Source: Terriglobales bacterium (GTDB lineage: Bacteria > Acidobacteriota > Terriglobia > Terriglobales > Acidobacteriaceae). Taken from it: a stretch of 64,000 nucleotides of DNA. Positions within the stretch are counted from its first letter, which is position 1. Every line of letters begins with the position of its first letter. The stretch spans positions 3,008-67,007 of the forward strand of contig JBEKWL010000001.1 in NCBI GenBank assembly GCA_049513095.1. Reading direction: 5' to 3'. Of the stretch, positions 62,156 through 64,000 are shown in pieces. The notes under the pieces were generated by a model. That model worked only from the letters and a program-made list of their open reading frames with translations. It was not told where the DNA came from and did no database searches. The translations under genes were made by a program, and so were the position numbers.

Positions 62156-63241
62156 CTACTTCGCGTCCCGCGCACTGTCGGTACCAAGAAGTCGTGCAGA
62201 CTCTGCGCGCGGCGCTAAGTGGTACTCCTGGATTTTGTAAAGCAGCGCACGATAGCTGATATTCAGTAAACGAGCTGCCGCTTTCCGGTTCCAGTGTGTC
62301 TGTTCGAGCGCTTCGGCAATCGCGCCGCGCTCGGTTTCCCCTTTTGCGTTTCTTACCAGCAACTTCAGAGACGATTTTTCTTCCGACGTGTGCAGGCTCG
62401 AAGGCGGACCGCTGCTTTTCGCGTGCCCGTTTCCGTTCCCACCCTTACTTGCGGACCCGTAATCGGGACGCGAAAGCAATTCCTGCAACGCCGCGCCCTC
62501 ATCGCCGTGCGCCAGGAAGCGTTTGGCAAAGTTCTCCAGTTCGTGCAGATTGCCGGGCCACGCACACTGCTGGCACGCATCCAGCAACTCGCTTGCGAAG
62601 CGCGGGGCCGGCACGCCATAGCGCCGGGCCAGCCGGTTCATCAGGTGCCCCAACAGCAGCGGGATTTCCTCGTGCCTCTCCCGCAGGGGTGGCACGCGCA
62701 ATTCGAAAGCGCTCAAGCGGTAGAACAACTCTTCCTGAATTCTCTTCTCTGCCGCTGCCAACTCCAGGTCCTCGCATGTGGCGGCAATGATGCGCACATC
62801 GGCCTGGATCGGGCTCTGGCCGCCGCACCGGACAAACTCTCCCGTTTCCAGCAGTCTTAGAAGCCGCCGTTGCACTGCGTCCGGCAAGGCATCGAATTCA
62901 TCCAGCAAGATCGTTCCCTTGGCACACTGCTCGAACTTGCCTACCGTCGATTCCGGTCGCCCGTTGGCGGAAGCGTGTTCGTAACCGAACAGTTCGTTCT
63001 CCAGCAGGTCGGAGGTGAGCACCGCACAACCGACTCGCTTGAACGGGAAGCTGGAACGAATCGAAAGCGAATGGATAAGCCGGGCAGCGGTCGTCTTCCC
63101 GCTTCCCGCTTCTCCGGTAACCAGCACCGGCACGTCTGTCTGCGAGAGTAACTCCGCTTGCGTACGCAGCCGGCGTGTGGCCGGGCTGGCCGCAATGAAA
63201 TACAACTCTTCGCTGATTCGCTCGATTTCTGGCTGATACAT
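62156..63241 (-). CDS. bEBP-like AAA+ transcription regulator without a receiver/sensor domain and without the GAFTGA loop
   Basis: Walker A VLVTGEAGSGKT, Walker B LLDEFDAL, RLLRLLETGEFVRCGG, DVRIIAAT, PPLRERHEEI and a C-terminal Fis-type HTH (NRKAAARLLNISYRALLYKIQEY). The GAFTGA position reads EHASANGR. Confidence 0.85.
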   Translation of the reverse strand: MYQPEIERISEELYFIAASPATRRLRTQAELLSQTDVPVLVTGEAGSGKTTAARLIHSLSIRSSFPFKRVGCAVLTSDLLENELFGYEHASANGRPESTVGKFEQCAKGTILLDEFDALPDAVQRRLLRLLETGEFVRCGGQSPIQADVRIIAATCEDLELAAAEKRIQEELFYRLSAFELRVPPLRERHEEIPLLLGHLMNRLARRYGVPAPRFASELLDACQQCAWPGNLHELENFAKRFLAHGDEGAALQELLSRPDYGSASKGGNGNGHAKSSGPPSSLHTSEEKSSLKLLVRNAKGETERGAIAEALEQTHWNRKAAARLLNISYRALLYKIQEYHLAPRAESARLLGTDSARDAK

Positions 63242-63375
63242 GTTTAAGAGTGCCTGACTGAGGGTTGTAAGAAAATCCCGGATCGCTTACCAGGGAACTG
63301 CTTGATTGGCGGATGACAACAATTTCTTCCGACGATGGTTTGCCTTCCCGAGACCTGGAACCTGAGACATGATCT

Positions 63376-63978
63376 TCAGATCGGCTCTACGTCATAACCA
63401 TCGATTCGCACGGCCATCGACCGCTGAATCGCATCGACCGAAATGATCAGGCTGTGGTCGCCATTCTCCGCCACAAACACGCCTTCCACTCCGTCCATCG
63501 CCCCACCGCGTACCCGGACCCGCTGCCCCACCTTGAGAAAGGGGTACGATCGCCAGGGCGCCGTCTGCGCCAGAACGTTCTGGATGCTTTCGATCTGCTC
63601 ATCGGGAATCGGCTGGCTCGCGCCGTGAACGCCCACAAAACCGTGAACGCTCTCCACCTGGTACACACGCGACCGGTCGGCCGCGCTCAAAGCGCAGCGG
63701 ATGAACACATAGCAACTGAAAAGTGGCACTTCGACTTTCTTCTGGCGATCGCTCCAGCGATGCACTTCCACCGCCGTCGGCAGGAAGGTTTCCATGCCTT
63801 GATCTCGCAATCGTCGCTCGACCGCTTTTTCGTGGCGCGCTCTGGTGTGCAGCGCGTACCAACGCAGCTCTTCCTGCGATACCCATTGGCTTATCCCGCT
63901 GCCCGCTTCATAGTTCTGGTTGGGACTACTCACAGCTTCGCCCTCTGGGTCCCATTGCACTGGGTCCGCTTGGTCCAC
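63376..63978 (-). CDS. NusG-paralog transcription antiterminator (UpxY/LoaP/RfaH-like)
   Basis: NGN-domain start WYALHTRARHEKAVERRL and KOW motif KVGQRVRVRGGAMDGVEGVF. GTG start at 63978; the true start is uncertain. Confidence 0.8.
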   Translation of the reverse strand: MDQADPVQWDPEGEAVSSPNQNYEAGSGISQWVSQEELRWYALHTRARHEKAVERRLRDQGMETFLPTAVEVHRWSDRQKKVEVPLFSCYVFIRCALSAADRSRVYQVESVHGFVGVHGASQPIPDEQIESIQNVLAQTAPWRSYPFLKVGQRVRVRGGAMDGVEGVFVAENGDHSLIISVDAIQRSMAVRIDGYDVEPI

Positions 63979-64000
63979 ATGCTGGATCGCATGGCAGACC

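Noticed and set aside
1-64000. CRISPR arrays, rRNA genes, IS elements or transposases, toxin-antitoxin or defence cassettes
   Set aside because: Scanning the intergenic regions and the ORF track found no spaced direct-repeat arrays, no transposase or integrase motifs, and no rRNA-like segments.

Overview
GC-rich bacterial chromosomal window (GC judged by eye, not computed). Its gene content resembles the PEP-CTERM/exosortase-associated exopolysaccharide (EPS) loci of Acidobacteria-like organisms. Nt 1-5272 (+ strand) encode two large secreted repeat proteins. From about nt 63978 down to about nt 5968, every credible gene (41 CDS plus one tRNA-like gene) lies on the minus strand, forming one co-directional array of about 58 kb. 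In transcription order the array contains: a NusG paralog; a GAFTGA-less bEBP-like regulator; a Wza-like exporter; an outer-membrane beta-barrel; a chain-length determinant; an ExeA-like ATPase; a BY-kinase; a priming sugar transferase with a degenerate GGDEF-like N-domain; a WbpB/D/E-like 2,3-diacetamido-sugar cassette; DUF354; four GT2s; an ATP-grasp ligase; a PHP phosphoesterase; four predicted deacetylases (two CE4-like, YdjC/ChbG, PIG-L); three FemAB-family paralogs; an AsnB-like enzyme; Wzy; GT14; a beta-helix protein; Wzx; and a sulfotransferase. Unusually for an EPS locus, it also carries an acyl-CoA dehydrogenase, a 1216-aa NRPS (A domain interrupted by an FkbM methyltransferase, then PCP and a TE-like domain), a stand-alone FkbM methyltransferase, WecB, a 2628-aa NRPS-PKS hybrid (A-PCP-KS-AT-ACP-C-PCP-TE-like) and an Sfp-type PPTase. 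A tRNA-Thr(CGU)-like gene with non-canonical D-loop, T-stem and position 37 overlaps the 3' end of one FemAB paralog. Main hypothesis: this is an EPS system whose sugars are de-N-acetylated and re-decorated through several amide-forming routes (thiotemplate, possibly aminoacyl-tRNA/FemAB, ATP-grasp, AsnB-like). No CRISPR, rRNA, transposase, integrase, exosortase or PEP-CTERM-tailed protein was seen in the window. All family assignments come from motif recognition by eye and need HMM or BLAST confirmation.
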